DNA from: an uncultured Gemmatimonadota bacterium
GTDB lineage: Bacteria; Gemmatimonadota; Gemmatimonadetes; Palauibacterales; Palauibacteraceae
Direction: 5' to 3'
Assembly: GCA_964607465.1 (NCBI GenBank)
Contig: CAZSKS010000008.1
Coordinates: 1-62,052 of the forward strand
Length of the DNA: 62,052 nt
A program made the position numbers and the translations under genes. The notes under the pieces are model-generated. The model searched no databases, was not told the origin of the DNA, and saw only the letters and a list, made by a program, of their open reading frames with translations. Shown here piece by piece: positions 44,709-54,011 of this stretch; the first letter of the stretch is position 1, and every line of letters starts with the position of its first letter.

Positions 44709-45602
44709 TCAACGCGTCCGGATCACGAAGTCCGCCACCTCCCGGGCCAGCCGCGGGCCGCAGTCCTCCTGGAGGAAGTGCCCCCCGCCCGCCAGCGTGA
44801 CGTGGCGCCGGTCCCGGGCGCCGGGCACCCGCTCCCGGAAGGCCCGGTCCATCCCGCGGGTCACGGGATCGCCGTCGCTGAAGGCGGTGAGGAACGGCTT
44901 CTCCCACCGCTCGAGGGCCTTCCAGGCCTCCCGGTTCCCGGCGCCGCCGGGGTCGTCCTCCGAGGTGGGCACCAGCCGGGGGAGGGCGCGGGCCCCGGCC
45001 TGGTGGCGGGCGTCGGGAAAGGGGGCGTCATAGGCCGCCCGCTCCTCCCGGGACAGCCGTCGGGCGGTGCCCACCTGGACGACGCGGCCGGCGGGGAAGA
45101 CCGGGCTCCAGCGGGCGAAGGCGCGCCAGGCGCGGAAGGCCAGGGGCACCGGACCCCGACCGGTGGGGAGCATCCCGTTGGCCACCACGATGCGGCGAAA
45201 GCGTCCGGGCCGTCGGGCCGCCATCCGGAGCCCCACGATGGCGCCCCAGTCCTGGCCGACCAGCGTGACGCCGTCCAGGCCCACGGCGTCCATCCAGCCC
45301 TCCATCCAGGCGACCAGGCGTGCCGTCCCGTAGTCGCCGACCCGGGCGGGCTTGTCCGACCGGCCGAAGCCGGGCAGGTCCGGCGCCACGGCCCGCAGCC
45401 CGGCCAGCGCCAGCCCCGGGATCACGCGCCGGTAGAGGAAGGACCAGGACGGCTCGCCGTGCAGCAGCAGCACCGTCTCCCCGTCCTCGGGTCCGTCCTC
45501 CACCCAGGCGATCCGCAGGCCGTCCACCTCGGCGTGGCGGGCCCGCCAGGGGAAGTCCGGCAGGTCCCGGAAGCGGTCGGGCGGCGTGCGGAGCGCGTCC
45601 AC
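44709..45602 (-). CDS. haloalkane dehalogenase-family alpha/beta hydrolase
   Basis: RFRDLPDFPW....EVDGLRIAWVEDGPEDGETVLLLHGEPSWSFLYRRVIP.LA.AGLR.VAPDLPGFGRSDKP and the nucleophile elbow LVGQDWGAIVG (Asp nucleophile), then a C-terminal GGHFLQED. Confidence 0.82.
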   Translation of the reverse strand: MDALRTPPDRFRDLPDFPWRARHAEVDGLRIAWVEDGPEDGETVLLLHGEPSWSFLYRRVIPGLALAGLRAVAPDLPGFGRSDKPARVGDYGTARLVAWMEGWMDAVGLDGVTLVGQDWGAIVGLRMAARRPGRFRRIVVANGMLPTGRGPVPLAFRAWRAFARWSPVFPAGRVVQVGTARRLSREERAAYDAPFPDARHQAGARALPRLVPTSEDDPGGAGNREAWKALERWEKPFLTAFSDGDPVTRGMDRAFRERVPGARDRRHVTLAGGGHFLQEDCGPRLAREVADFVIRTR

Positions 45603-45626
45603 GGCGGATCCGGCGACGCCCTGGCC

Positions 45627-46037
45627 TCAGCCGGCGGCCAGCCGCTCCTCCAGAACCTCCCTGAGCACGACGGCGTTGTTGTGCTCCTCGTCCTTCGCCG
45701 CGTAGACCAGGGTCACCGCGCCCTCCCGTGCCAGCTCCTCCAGCCGCTGCAGCTCCGGCTCGCGGTCCTCCAGCTCCGCCCGGTAGCGCTCCCGGAACCC
45801 CTCCCAGCGGTCGGGATCGTGATCGAACCACTCCCGCAGCTCGTCGCTGGGCGCCACCGAGCGGAGCCACAGGGCCAGGTCGGCCTCCTCCTTCGAGACG
45901 CCCCGGGGCCAGATCCGGTCCACGAGCACGCGTGGCCCGCCGCGGGGGGAGGCGTCGTCGTAGGCGCGCTCCAGGCGGATGTCGGGGTCAGCGATCCGGG
46001 CGCCGTGGGAGGTGGTCGAAGGGTCGGGCTGGGCCAT
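45627..46037 (-). CDS. DUF488 (YeaO-like) family protein
   Basis: IRLERAYDD.......RVLVDRIWPRGVSKEEADLALWLRSVAPSDELREWFDHDPDRWEGFRERYRAEL...TLVYAAKDEEHNNAVVL. Confidence 0.8.
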   Translation of the reverse strand: MAQPDPSTTSHGARIADPDIRLERAYDDASPRGGPRVLVDRIWPRGVSKEEADLALWLRSVAPSDELREWFDHDPDRWEGFRERYRAELEDREPELQRLEELAREGAVTLVYAAKDEEHNNAVVLREVLEERLAAG

Positions 46038-46293
46038 CTCGGGAGCTCCGCGTGCCGGGGTCGTGGGAGGAGGCTCGGGGAAAAGGGAACGCCGTGGACG
46101 GTGAGGTTCAAGGGGGACGCGGGCCAGGGTGGGGGGAACCGCCGGCTCCGCCTAGTTTGGACGACCGGACGTCGACCGGCGACGGAGAGGCCCCGCGGCG
46201 GGTCCGCCGACCGACGCGTCCGATGAGCGGTGCGCTCGACCGGCGACGGGGCCGGCGAGCGACGAGACCGAATCGACGAGGTGGGAGGGGGCG

Positions 46294-46917
46294 ATGCCCG
46301 AAGAGCTGATCCGTGGCCTGCGAACGTTCCGGCGCGAGGCGTTCCCGAGATACCGGGAGCGGTTCCGTCGGCTGGTGGAGGAGGGCCAGCGTCCGGGAAC
46401 GCTGTTCATCGGCTGCTCGGACTCCCGGGTCGTCCCGGACCTGCTCACCGACGCCTCCCCTGGCGACCTGTTCGTGGCCCGCAACGTGGGCGCCCTCGTC
46501 CCGCCCTTCGACCCCGAGGCGGGGGGACACGAGACGGCGGCGGCGGTGGAGTACGCCGTCCAGGTCCTGGAGGTGTCCGACATCGTCGTCTGCGGCCACA
46601 GCCACTGCGGCGCGGTGCGGGCCCTGTACGAGCCCCCGGCGGCGGAGGCCCCGAACCTGGAGCGCTGGCTGGCGATGGCCCGGGAGGCGAGGGTCGAGCT
46701 CGGGACGGGGACGTCGGTGGACGAGGCGACGCTCCGGCGGACCGAGCGGCGCAGCATCGCCCTGCAGCTGGGGCGGCTGGCCGAGTATCCCATGGTCCGG
46801 GACCGCCTCGGGGCGGGGGAGCTGGCCCTGCACGGCTGGCACTACCTCCTGGAGGAGGGACGGGTGGAGGTGCTGGATCCGGAGCGCGGCGAGTTCCGCC
46901 CGCCGGAGCCGGGCTGA
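46294..46917 (+). CDS. beta-class carbonic anhydrase
   Basis: PGTLFIGCSDSRVVPDLLTDASPGDLFVARNVGALVP...EYAVQVLEVSDIVVCGHSHCGAV carries the zinc ligands C..D.R and H..C. Confidence 0.9.
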   Translation: MPEELIRGLRTFRREAFPRYRERFRRLVEEGQRPGTLFIGCSDSRVVPDLLTDASPGDLFVARNVGALVPPFDPEAGGHETAAAVEYAVQVLEVSDIVVCGHSHCGAVRALYEPPAAEAPNLERWLAMAREARVELGTGTSVDEATLRRTERRSIALQLGRLAEYPMVRDRLGAGELALHGWHYLLEEGRVEVLDPERGEFRPPEPG

Positions 46918-47003
46918 CGCCGCCCTCCCCGCCCGGCGACGCGGCGCGGTCGCGTCCGTCCCCCCGGAGCGCCTCCGGTCGACGTCGGGGACGCGCCCGG
47001 GCC

Positions 47004-48128
47004 CTACAGCGCCGCCCGCGCCGCCTCGACCTTCTCAGCCGCCGCGTCGGCGTCGTCGGCCAGGGCTGCGACGTGTCCCATCTTCCGGCCGGGCCGGGCC
47101 TCGCGCTTGCCGTACAGGTGGAGCTTCACGTCGTCGTGGGCGAGCAGCGACGCCCAGTCCGGCGCGCCTTCCGACCACAGGTCCCCGAGGAGGTTGGCCG
47201 TGGCAGCGGGCCGTACGGAGGCGGCGGACCCCAGCGGGAGACCGCACACCGCCCGGACCTGCTGCTCGAACTGTGACGTGACGTGGCCCTCGATGGTCAG
47301 GTGACCGGAGTTGTGGGGCCGGGGGGCGATCTCGTTGATCAGCAGCCCGCCGTCGGGCGTGAGGAAGAGCTCCACGCAGAGCACCCCCACCACGTCCAGG
47401 GCCTCCATCACCGCGCGGCCGATCTCCCGGGCCTCCTCCTCGACCGCCGGGGAGACCCCGGCGGGATGGCGGCTCACGTCCAGCACGTGCTCCACGTGCC
47501 GGTTGTGCATCGGCCCGTACAGGGCGGTCCGGCCGTCGACCCCCCGGGCGGCGACCACCGACAGCTCGCACTCGAAGTCGACGAAGCGCTCGTAGACGGC
47601 TTCCCCGGCTCCCAGCTCCGCCCACGCGGCCTCGAGGCCGTCGGCGTCCTCGACGGGCACCTGCCCCTTGCCGTCGTATCCGCCCCGCGCGGTCTTCAGC
47701 ACGCCCGGCGCGCCCACCGCCCCGGCGGCTCCGGCCAGCTCCTCCTCCCGCCGCACGGCGGCGAAGGGCGTCACCGGGAGGCCGGCGTCCCGCAGCGAGC
47801 TCTTCTCCCGCACCCGGTCCCGGGCCACGGCCAGCACCCGGGGCGAGGGCCGCACCGGCACCAGCTCGGCGCACGCCTCGGCCGCGGAGGGGGCGACCTG
47901 CTCGAACTCGTAGGTCACCACGTCCACCTCCCGGGCGAAGTCCCTGACGGCCTCCAGGTCCTCGTAGGGGGCCGTGATCTCGCGGTCGGCGACCTGTCCG
48001 GTGGGGGTCCCCGGGGGGCGGGGCGAGAGGACGTGCACCCCGTAGCCCAGCCGGCGGGCCTCGACGGCGAGCATGCGCCCGAGCTGGCCGGAGCCCAGCA
48101 CCCCGAGGGTGGCGCCGGGGGCGATCAC
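47004..48128 (-). CDS. purK: N5-carboxyaminoimidazole ribonucleotide synthase
   Basis: [28 protein letters not shown]...ATP-grasp...[15 protein letters not shown]...[13 protein letters not shown]...[18 protein letters not shown]. The GTG start overlaps the purE stop (GTGA at 48125-48128). The ORF-track extension to 48527 is noise. Confidence 0.9.
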   Translation of the reverse strand: MIAPGATLGVLGSGQLGRMLAVEARRLGYGVHVLSPRPPGTPTGQVADREITAPYEDLEAVRDFAREVDVVTYEFEQVAPSAAEACAELVPVRPSPRVLAVARDRVREKSSLRDAGLPVTPFAAVRREEELAGAAGAVGAPGVLKTARGGYDGKGQVPVEDADGLEAAWAELGAGEAVYERFVDFECELSVVAARGVDGRTALYGPMHNRHVEHVLDVSRHPAGVSPAVEEEAREIGRAVMEALDVVGVLCVELFLTPDGGLLINEIAPRPHNSGHLTIEGHVTSQFEQQVRAVCGLPLGSAASVRPAATANLLGDLWSEGAPDWASLLAHDDVKLHLYGKREARPGRKMGHVAALADDADAAAEKVEAARAAL

Positions 48129-48634
48129 CCGTCGGGGGGAGGCGGAGGGAGCTCGTCCGCCATGACCTCGTCCGCCCGGCGCTCCCGGTCGGCGCGCAGG
48201 GCCTCCCGGAGGTCGGGGCGGGAGTTGGCGAGGATGCCCACCGCCAGCAGCGCGGCGTTCTCGGCGCCCGAGTGGCCGATGGCCAGCGTGCCCACCGGGA
48301 CGCCGCCCGGCATCTGGACGATGGAGAGGAGGGAGTCCCAGCCGCTGAGGGTCGAGGTCTTCACGGGCACGCCCAGGACCGGGAGCACGGTCCGGGCGGC
48401 CACCATGCCAGGCAGGTGGGCCGCCCCGCCGGCGCCGGCGATGATGACCTCCAGGCCCCGCTCCTCGGCTTCGGCGGCGTAGCGCGCCATCCGGTCGGGC
48501 GTGCGGTGGGCCGAGACGACCTCGCACTCGTGGGGCACCTCGAACCGCTCCAGGACCTCGACGGCGTGCTCCATGGTGGGCCAGTCGGACGTGCTGCCCA
48601 TGATCACGCCCACCAGCGGGCGGTCGGATTCCAT
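48125..48634 (-). CDS. purE: N5-CAIR mutase (class I PurE)
   Basis: [78 protein letters not shown]. Confidence 0.93.
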   Translation of the reverse strand: MESDRPLVGVIMGSTSDWPTMEHAVEVLERFEVPHECEVVSAHRTPDRMARYAAEAEERGLEVIIAGAGGAAHLPGMVAARTVLPVLGVPVKTSTLSGWDSLLSIVQMPGGVPVGTLAIGHSGAENAALLAVGILANSRPDLREALRADRERRADEVMADELPPPPPDG

Positions 48635-48776
48635 GCGTTCGCCTCCTCGCTTCGATGAACGGTCGTCGTGGGACGCTCGGGGAACGCTCCGCCGGTCGGG
48701 GCCCGGGCGACCAGGACGGACGGCCGGGCCGTGCCCGGCCGTGGCGGCCCGTGCCCGGTGGCCTCGCGCGGGACGC

Positions 48777-49337
48777 TCAGTCCAGGACGCCGGCCTCCAG
48801 GGCCTCCACGTCGAGGCGGATCCGAACCTCGTCGCTCACCACCACGCCCCCACGGTCGAGGGAGCCGTTCCAGCTCACGCCGAACGCCTGGCGGTCGAGG
48901 ACGGTCTCCGCCTCGAAGCCGATGCGACGGACCGGGCCGCGGTCCTCGCCGTCTTCCCAGTAGGGGGTGTCCCACACGCCGAGGCAGCGGGCCTGCAGCT
49001 CCACCGTCCGGGTGACGTCACGGATCGTCAGCTCGCCGCCGACGACCAGGTCGTTCGGGCCGACGGCCGACGCGACCTCACCCCGGAAGGTGATCTCGGG
49101 GTGGTTCTCCACATCCAGGAAGTCGTCGCTCCTGAGGTGGGCGTCGCGGGACGCCTCCCCCGTCCACAGCTTGCGGGCGTCCAGTCGGGCCTCCACCGAG
49201 CCGCGGGTGGGGTCGTCCGGGTCGAACTTCAGGGTACCGTGGACGTCCTTGATGTGGCCCCGCACGTAGGAGACCATCATGTGCCGCGCCCGGAACTCGG
49301 CGGCGGTGTGGCCGGGCTCGAAGGTCCACCGGGTCAT
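48777..49337 (-). CDS. YceI family protein (cytoplasmic form, no signal peptide)
   Basis: [81 protein letters not shown]...[13 protein letters not shown]. Confidence 0.85.
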   Translation of the reverse strand: MTRWTFEPGHTAAEFRARHMMVSYVRGHIKDVHGTLKFDPDDPTRGSVEARLDARKLWTGEASRDAHLRSDDFLDVENHPEITFRGEVASAVGPNDLVVGGELTIRDVTRTVELQARCLGVWDTPYWEDGEDRGPVRRIGFEAETVLDRQAFGVSWNGSLDRGGVVVSDEVRIRLDVEALEAGVLD

Positions 49338-49395
49338 GAGGTCCTCCTGGGGCGAGGGATCGTCGTGGGAATCGTCGGGAGGGACGGCGCCGGGG

Positions 49396-49641
49396 TCACT
49401 CCGGGTCGACGGAGTCGAGGCGGGCCGCCCGCTCCCGGGCCTCGTCCGAGGCCTCCAGGGCCTGTCCCACCCCCCGGGCGCCGGGGAGGCCGGACTCGGC
49501 GACGGCGCTGTCCTTCTGGCGACGGGTGAGGCTGTCCCGCTCCGCGGCGTCCCCGCCGGGCTCGCCGGCCGAGCAGGCCGGAAGCGCGACGGTCAGGACG
49601 GCCAGGGCCGGGGCCAGGAAGCGGCGTCGCATGGGGCGCAC
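49396..49641 (-). CDS. small lipoprotein, unknown function
   Basis: Signal peptide plus lipobox MRPMRRRFLAPALAVLTVALPAC. The mature part is about 58 aa and charged. Confidence 0.55.
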   Translation of the reverse strand: MRPMRRRFLAPALAVLTVALPACSAGEPGGDAAERDSLTRRQKDSAVAESGLPGARGVGQALEASDEARERAARLDSVDPE

Positions 49642-49664
49642 AATCTAGGGGCTCACGGCGCCCC

Positions 49665-50687
49665 TCACACGTGGCCTTCCTGCCGCAGCCAGGCCGCCGT
49701 CCGCTCCATTCCCCGGTCCAGGTCGAAGCGCGGGCGCCATCCCAGCTCGCCCTGGATTCTGTCGGTGGGGAAGGAGCAGCGGTTGGTGGCCAGCTTCAGG
49801 AACGTGGGGTCCACCGGCGAGTCCACGAACGGAAGGGCGTCGGCCAGGGCCAGGAGACGGGCCAGCCACGTCGGCGTCGCCCCCGGCTCGCCGTCGCACA
49901 GCGCGGCGTAGCGCCCCACGTATTCCGTCCAGGTGACGGGCGGCCGGCTCACGTTGTAGGCCCGGCCGGGGGCCTCGGGCCGGACGGCGCACAGCAGGAG
50001 CGCGTCGACGACGTCGTCGATGTAGACGGGATGGAAGTGGCCGGAGCCGTCGCCGACGAGGATCGGCTTGCCGGCGCAGGCGGCCCGGCAGATGCCCACG
50101 GACCAGAGCCGCGAGCGGGGGCCGTACACCATGGCGGGGCGCACGACGGCCAGCTCCAGCCCGGCCTCGTCGGCCAGCTCCCGGGCACGGATCTCGCCCT
50201 CGGCCTTGGTGCGGCCGTAGCGGTCGCCGCCGTCCGGGGCCAGCGGCGTCTCCTCGTCCACGGGGCCCTCGGGTGGCAGGTCGTAGGCGCCCACCGTGCT
50301 GACGTGGACGACGCGCCGGACGCCCTGCCGGGCCGCGGCGCGCACCAGCGCTTCGGTGGCCGTGACGTTGACCGGGCGGGCCATCGCCGGATCGCCGCCC
50401 ACCCAGCCCGCCACGTGGAAGACGACCTCCCGGCCCCGGACCAGCTCCGGGAGCCGGGCCTCGTCCAGGAGGTCGGCCCGGGCCAGCGTCACCCCGTGGG
50501 GCTCCAGGTGGCGCGCCTTGGCCAGCTCCCGGCCGGCGCCGGTGACCCGCGCCCCCTGGCCCTCGGCCAGGCGGCGCGCCAGCCGGCCTCCGATGAAGCC
50601 GGTGGCTCCCGTGACGAGGACGGGGACGTCCCGCAGGCTCGCGCCGTCGAGGTCCGGGCCCTCGGGAACCGCCTCGGGGTCGCTCAC
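49665..50687 (-). CDS. NAD-dependent epimerase/dehydratase (extended SDR) family protein
   Basis: VLVTGATGFIGGRLARRL Rossmann motif, YGRTK (YxxxK) and an extended-SDR C-terminal part. The GTG start overlaps the upstream stop (GTGA at 50684-50687). Confidence 0.85.
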   Translation of the reverse strand: MSDPEAVPEGPDLDGASLRDVPVLVTGATGFIGGRLARRLAEGQGARVTGAGRELAKARHLEPHGVTLARADLLDEARLPELVRGREVVFHVAGWVGGDPAMARPVNVTATEALVRAAARQGVRRVVHVSTVGAYDLPPEGPVDEETPLAPDGGDRYGRTKAEGEIRARELADEAGLELAVVRPAMVYGPRSRLWSVGICRAACAGKPILVGDGSGHFHPVYIDDVVDALLLCAVRPEAPGRAYNVSRPPVTWTEYVGRYAALCDGEPGATPTWLARLLALADALPFVDSPVDPTFLKLATNRCSFPTDRIQGELGWRPRFDLDRGMERTAAWLRQEGHV

Positions 50688-50914
50688 CCGTCGTCCAGGA
50701 CCCCGGCGTCCCGGAGCACCTCCTCCGCCTCCTCCCGGTCCTCCGGCCGCACCATCAGGGGGACCCGGCGCGCGAAGGAGAGGCCCATGTCCGCGCCGCC
50801 GGCGTCGTCGGCCAGGAGGACGGAGTCGATCCCGGCGTCCTCCAGGAACCCCCGGGCGAACTCGGCCTCGTGGCGACGGTCGAACGCGGCGACGGGCACC
50901 AGGTCTTCCTCCAT
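50684..50914 (-). CDS. DUF2007-like small protein (putative signal-transducing fold)
   Basis: 76 aa: LVPVAAFDRRHEAEFARGFLEDAGIDSVLLADDAGG...PLMVRPEDREEAEEVL resembles my memory of DUF2007. Confidence 0.55.
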   Translation of the reverse strand: MEEDLVPVAAFDRRHEAEFARGFLEDAGIDSVLLADDAGGADMGLSFARRVPLMVRPEDREEAEEVLRDAGVLDDG

Positions 50915-50927
50915 CAGCGACCTCCGA

Positions 50928-51314
50928 TCAGAAGGACAGGGTCACCTCGAGGCCGGTGGTGTCCGGCCCCGGTACCAGCGTCTGGCTCACCACCACGCCG
51001 AGGTCCCGGCCGACGCGCAGCTCCGCCTCGACCTCTCCCTCCAGCTCCCGCTCCAGGCGGTCCCATTCCAGGCCCCCGCTCAGCACCAGCCCGTCGTCGG
51101 CCGACAGCCGGACCCCGGCCGTCGTCTCCAGGGCGACGACCAGCTCGTCGGGGGTCGAGAAGTCCACCTCCAGGGACGAGCGCACGGCGTCGGAGAAGGC
51201 GAACCTGAGCTGCCCCGACCCGCGGAACGTGCCGTCGAAGTCTCCGGCCCCCCGGAGCCGCAGCTTCACGTGGTGGGAGGGGGCGGAGGACGGGGCGGTC
51301 GGCGTGCGGGCCAT
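50928..51314 (-). CDS. hypothetical beta-rich protein ending in Phe
   Basis: 128 aa from the ATG at 51314: MARTPTAPSSAPSHHVKLRLRGAGDFDGTFRGSGQLRFAFSD...GLEVTLSF. It has alternating hydrophobic/polar stretches and no signal peptide that I can see. Coding is supported only by frame, position and codon pattern. Confidence 0.4.
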   Translation of the reverse strand: MARTPTAPSSAPSHHVKLRLRGAGDFDGTFRGSGQLRFAFSDAVRSSLEVDFSTPDELVVALETTAGVRLSADDGLVLSGGLEWDRLERELEGEVEAELRVGRDLGVVVSQTLVPGPDTTGLEVTLSF

Positions 51315-51376
51315 GGGGACGGCCTCCGGTCGAGAGGGCGGGCGAGGACGGTCGAACCCTACGCTACCACAAGCTA

Positions 51377-53806
51377 CTACGATCCCGTCTCCTCCAGAAG
51401 CTCCCCGAACTCCGCCGCCGTCACCGGCCGCCCGAAGTGGAAGCCCTGGGCCCAGGGGCAGCCCTCCTGCTCCAGCCAGCTCCGCTGGGCGGCGGTCTCC
51501 ACGCCCTCGGCCACCACGTCCAGCTCCAGGGAGCGTCCCAGGGTCAGGATCGTCCGGATGATGGCCTCGTCGGCCTGGCTCTCGCCGATCCCGTGGACGA
51601 AGGACATGTCGATCTTCAGCGCGTCGGCGGCCAGCTCGCGCACGTAGCTGAGGGAGGAGTAACCGGTCCCGAAGTCGTCGATGCAGACGCCCACGCCGAG
51701 GTCGGCCAGGGCCCGGGTCCGGGTGGGGGCCTGCATGACCGAGTGCTCGGTCACCTCGACCTCCAGGTAACGGGCCGGCAGCCCGGCGGCCCGGAGGATC
51801 TCCTGGAGCCGTTCCTCCAGCTCGGGATCCTCGAACTGCAGGGCCGACAGGTTGGGATGGACGAAGAGGGGATCGTCCGGGCGGAGCTCGCGGTTCCACT
51901 CGGCCACCTGGCGGCAGGAGGCCTCCAGCACCCAGGCGCCGAGGCTCAGGATGAGGCCCGTCTCGTCGGCCAGGGGCAGGAACGACTCGGGCGGGAGGAG
52001 GCCCCGTTCAGGATGCTGCCAGCGCACCAGGGGCTCGGCCGCGGCGATCCGGCCGTCCGGGAGCGAGACGATGGGCTGGTAGTGGAGGAGGAACTCCCCG
52101 GCGTCGATGGCCCGGCGCAGCTCGTTCTCCCGCTGGACCCGGGTCTGCCGTTCCTCGTCCCGCTCCGGCACGTAGCGGGCGAATCCCGTCCCCCGCCTGC
52201 CCTTCGCCCGGTACATGGCGCTGTCCGCCTGGCGGACCAGCTCGTCCACCGTGTCGGTGGTGGGGAGCTTGCTCGCCTCCTCCGGCTCCAGCAGGGCGAT
52301 GCCGATGCTGACGTCCAGGTGCACCTTCTCGCCCGCGACGGGGAAGGGGGGCTCGAAGGCCCGCTGGATCCGGTCCGCCACCATCGCCGCCTCGTCGCCG
52401 GCCTGCAGGCTCTCCAGCAGGACCACGAACTCGTCACCCCCGACGCGGGCCACGGTGTCGGGCTCGCGGACGCACGCCTCGAGCCGGCGGCTCACCTTGA
52501 TCAGCACCTGGTCGCCGGCGGCGTGGCTGAGGCTGTCGTTGACCACCTTGAAGCGGTCGAGGTCCACGAAGAGCACGGCCAGGGGGCCCGCCGAGCCCCG
52601 GGCCGCGCGGGCCACGGCCTGCTCCAGCCGGTCCCACAGGAGGGCGCGGTTCGGCAGGCCGGTGAGGAAGTCGTGCAGGGCCTGGCGCTCCAGCTCCTCC
52701 TCGATCTGCTTCCGCTCGGTGACGTCCCGGATGATGCCCTGGTAGCCCGCCACCTCGCCGTTCTCGACGCGGGTGGTGGAGGTCAGCTCGCAGTCGAGCA
52801 CCCGACCGTCCCGGGTCTCCAGCTGGACCTCGAAGCCCTCGATCTCCCCCTCGTCGGCGATCCGGCGCCGGAAGCGCTCCCGGTCGGCTGGATCGTGGTA
52901 CAGGTCCTGGGCCTGGAGACCCTGGAACTCCTCGCGCGAGTAGCCGAAGAGGGTCATGCCCGCCGGGTTGATCTCCATGACCGTGCCGTCCACGCCGGTG
53001 ACATAGATGGCGTCCTGGGAGTTCTCGAAGATGCTCCTGTACCGCTGCTCCGCGCTGCGGAGGGCGTCCTCGCGGTCGTGGACGACCCGGTAGAGGAGCC
53101 ACGACACGCCGCCTCCCCCGAGGAGGAGGAGGGCCGACAGGCCGGCGACGAACCAGACGAACCAGCGGTGGGCCGCACGTGAGGCCTCGTTCATGGCCAT
53201 GGAGAAGCCGAGCTCGGCCTGGTGGAGCTCCCGGTTCAGGGCTTCCACCCGGTCCATCGCCCCGATGACGGCCTGGGTGTCGGGGGGCGGCAGCTCGAAC
53301 TCCCGCCGGATGAGGCCCGCCTGACGATGGAGATCGGCGATGAGGGAGTCCCCCTTCGCCCACCTCTGCAGCGCCCGGCGCATGGGGGTCCAGCCGGAGA
53401 ACCACCGGTGGAGGCGGATCATGCCGTCGATCTCGGCCGGGTGCAGCCCGCCCTGCAGGAAGCCCCGGCGGACCACGTCCGGGTCCGGCTCGGGCGTCGA
53501 CAGCTCCAGCCGGGCCGTCCGGTCACCCAGGGGCACGGCCAGGGACTCCAGGTATCGATCCCAGTAGGCCTCCCCGGCACCGGCGGCGTACTCGTCCAGG
53601 GCCAGCACGGCCTCCTTCTGGGCCTTGCTCCACAGGCTTTCGCCCCGGACGTAGGACTGGATCCCCGTCTGGACGTCGAGGCCGATCATGGCGGCGACGG
53701 CCACCAGGACGACGGCCGTCGTGTAGGCGCCGAGGACCCCGAGGGTGACGTGCCGGAGCCGCTCCGGTCGGAGCCGGTCGACGGCCGGGCCGGAGGGGTG
53801 GCTCAT
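51377..53806 (-). CDS. membrane sensor PAS-GGDEF-EAL protein (c-di-GMP turnover)
   Basis: Two TM helices bracket a ~230-aa periplasmic-type domain. Then a PAS domain (SAEQRYRSIFENSQDAIYVTGVDGTVMEINPAG) and a GGDEF domain with an intact active site and an RxxD I-site 5 aa upstream (REPDTVARVGGDEF). The EAL domain has YQPIVSL...AAEPLVRW, LEVEVTE, DDFGTGYSSL and EGVE. I chose the ATG at 53806. Confidence 0.9.
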   Translation of the reverse strand: MSHPSGPAVDRLRPERLRHVTLGVLGAYTTAVVLVAVAAMIGLDVQTGIQSYVRGESLWSKAQKEAVLALDEYAAGAGEAYWDRYLESLAVPLGDRTARLELSTPEPDPDVVRRGFLQGGLHPAEIDGMIRLHRWFSGWTPMRRALQRWAKGDSLIADLHRQAGLIRREFELPPPDTQAVIGAMDRVEALNRELHQAELGFSMAMNEASRAAHRWFVWFVAGLSALLLLGGGGVSWLLYRVVHDREDALRSAEQRYRSIFENSQDAIYVTGVDGTVMEINPAGMTLFGYSREEFQGLQAQDLYHDPADRERFRRRIADEGEIEGFEVQLETRDGRVLDCELTSTTRVENGEVAGYQGIIRDVTERKQIEEELERQALHDFLTGLPNRALLWDRLEQAVARAARGSAGPLAVLFVDLDRFKVVNDSLSHAAGDQVLIKVSRRLEACVREPDTVARVGGDEFVVLLESLQAGDEAAMVADRIQRAFEPPFPVAGEKVHLDVSIGIALLEPEEASKLPTTDTVDELVRQADSAMYRAKGRRGTGFARYVPERDEERQTRVQRENELRRAIDAGEFLLHYQPIVSLPDGRIAAAEPLVRWQHPERGLLPPESFLPLADETGLILSLGAWVLEASCRQVAEWNRELRPDDPLFVHPNLSALQFEDPELEERLQEILRAAGLPARYLEVEVTEHSVMQAPTRTRALADLGVGVCIDDFGTGYSSLSYVRELAADALKIDMSFVHGIGESQADEAIIRTILTLGRSLELDVVAEGVETAAQRSWLEQEGCPWAQGFHFGRPVTAAEFGELLEETGS

Positions 53807-54011
53807 GGGAGGGCGGCGACGCGGGTCATCTGCTCCTGGCACCGGGGGATCGCGCGACGACGTCGCGCCTGGATCGCGTCCAGGGTACGGGCGGGGATCC
53901 ATCCGCGCCACCCGGACGCGGCCCGGCGCCACGGTCCGGGGTCCCGTTCCGTGGCCCGGGCGCCCGGGCCCGTGTCCGGCGCAGGCGGGGAGGCGGGCAG
54001 AGAGAGAGGCG

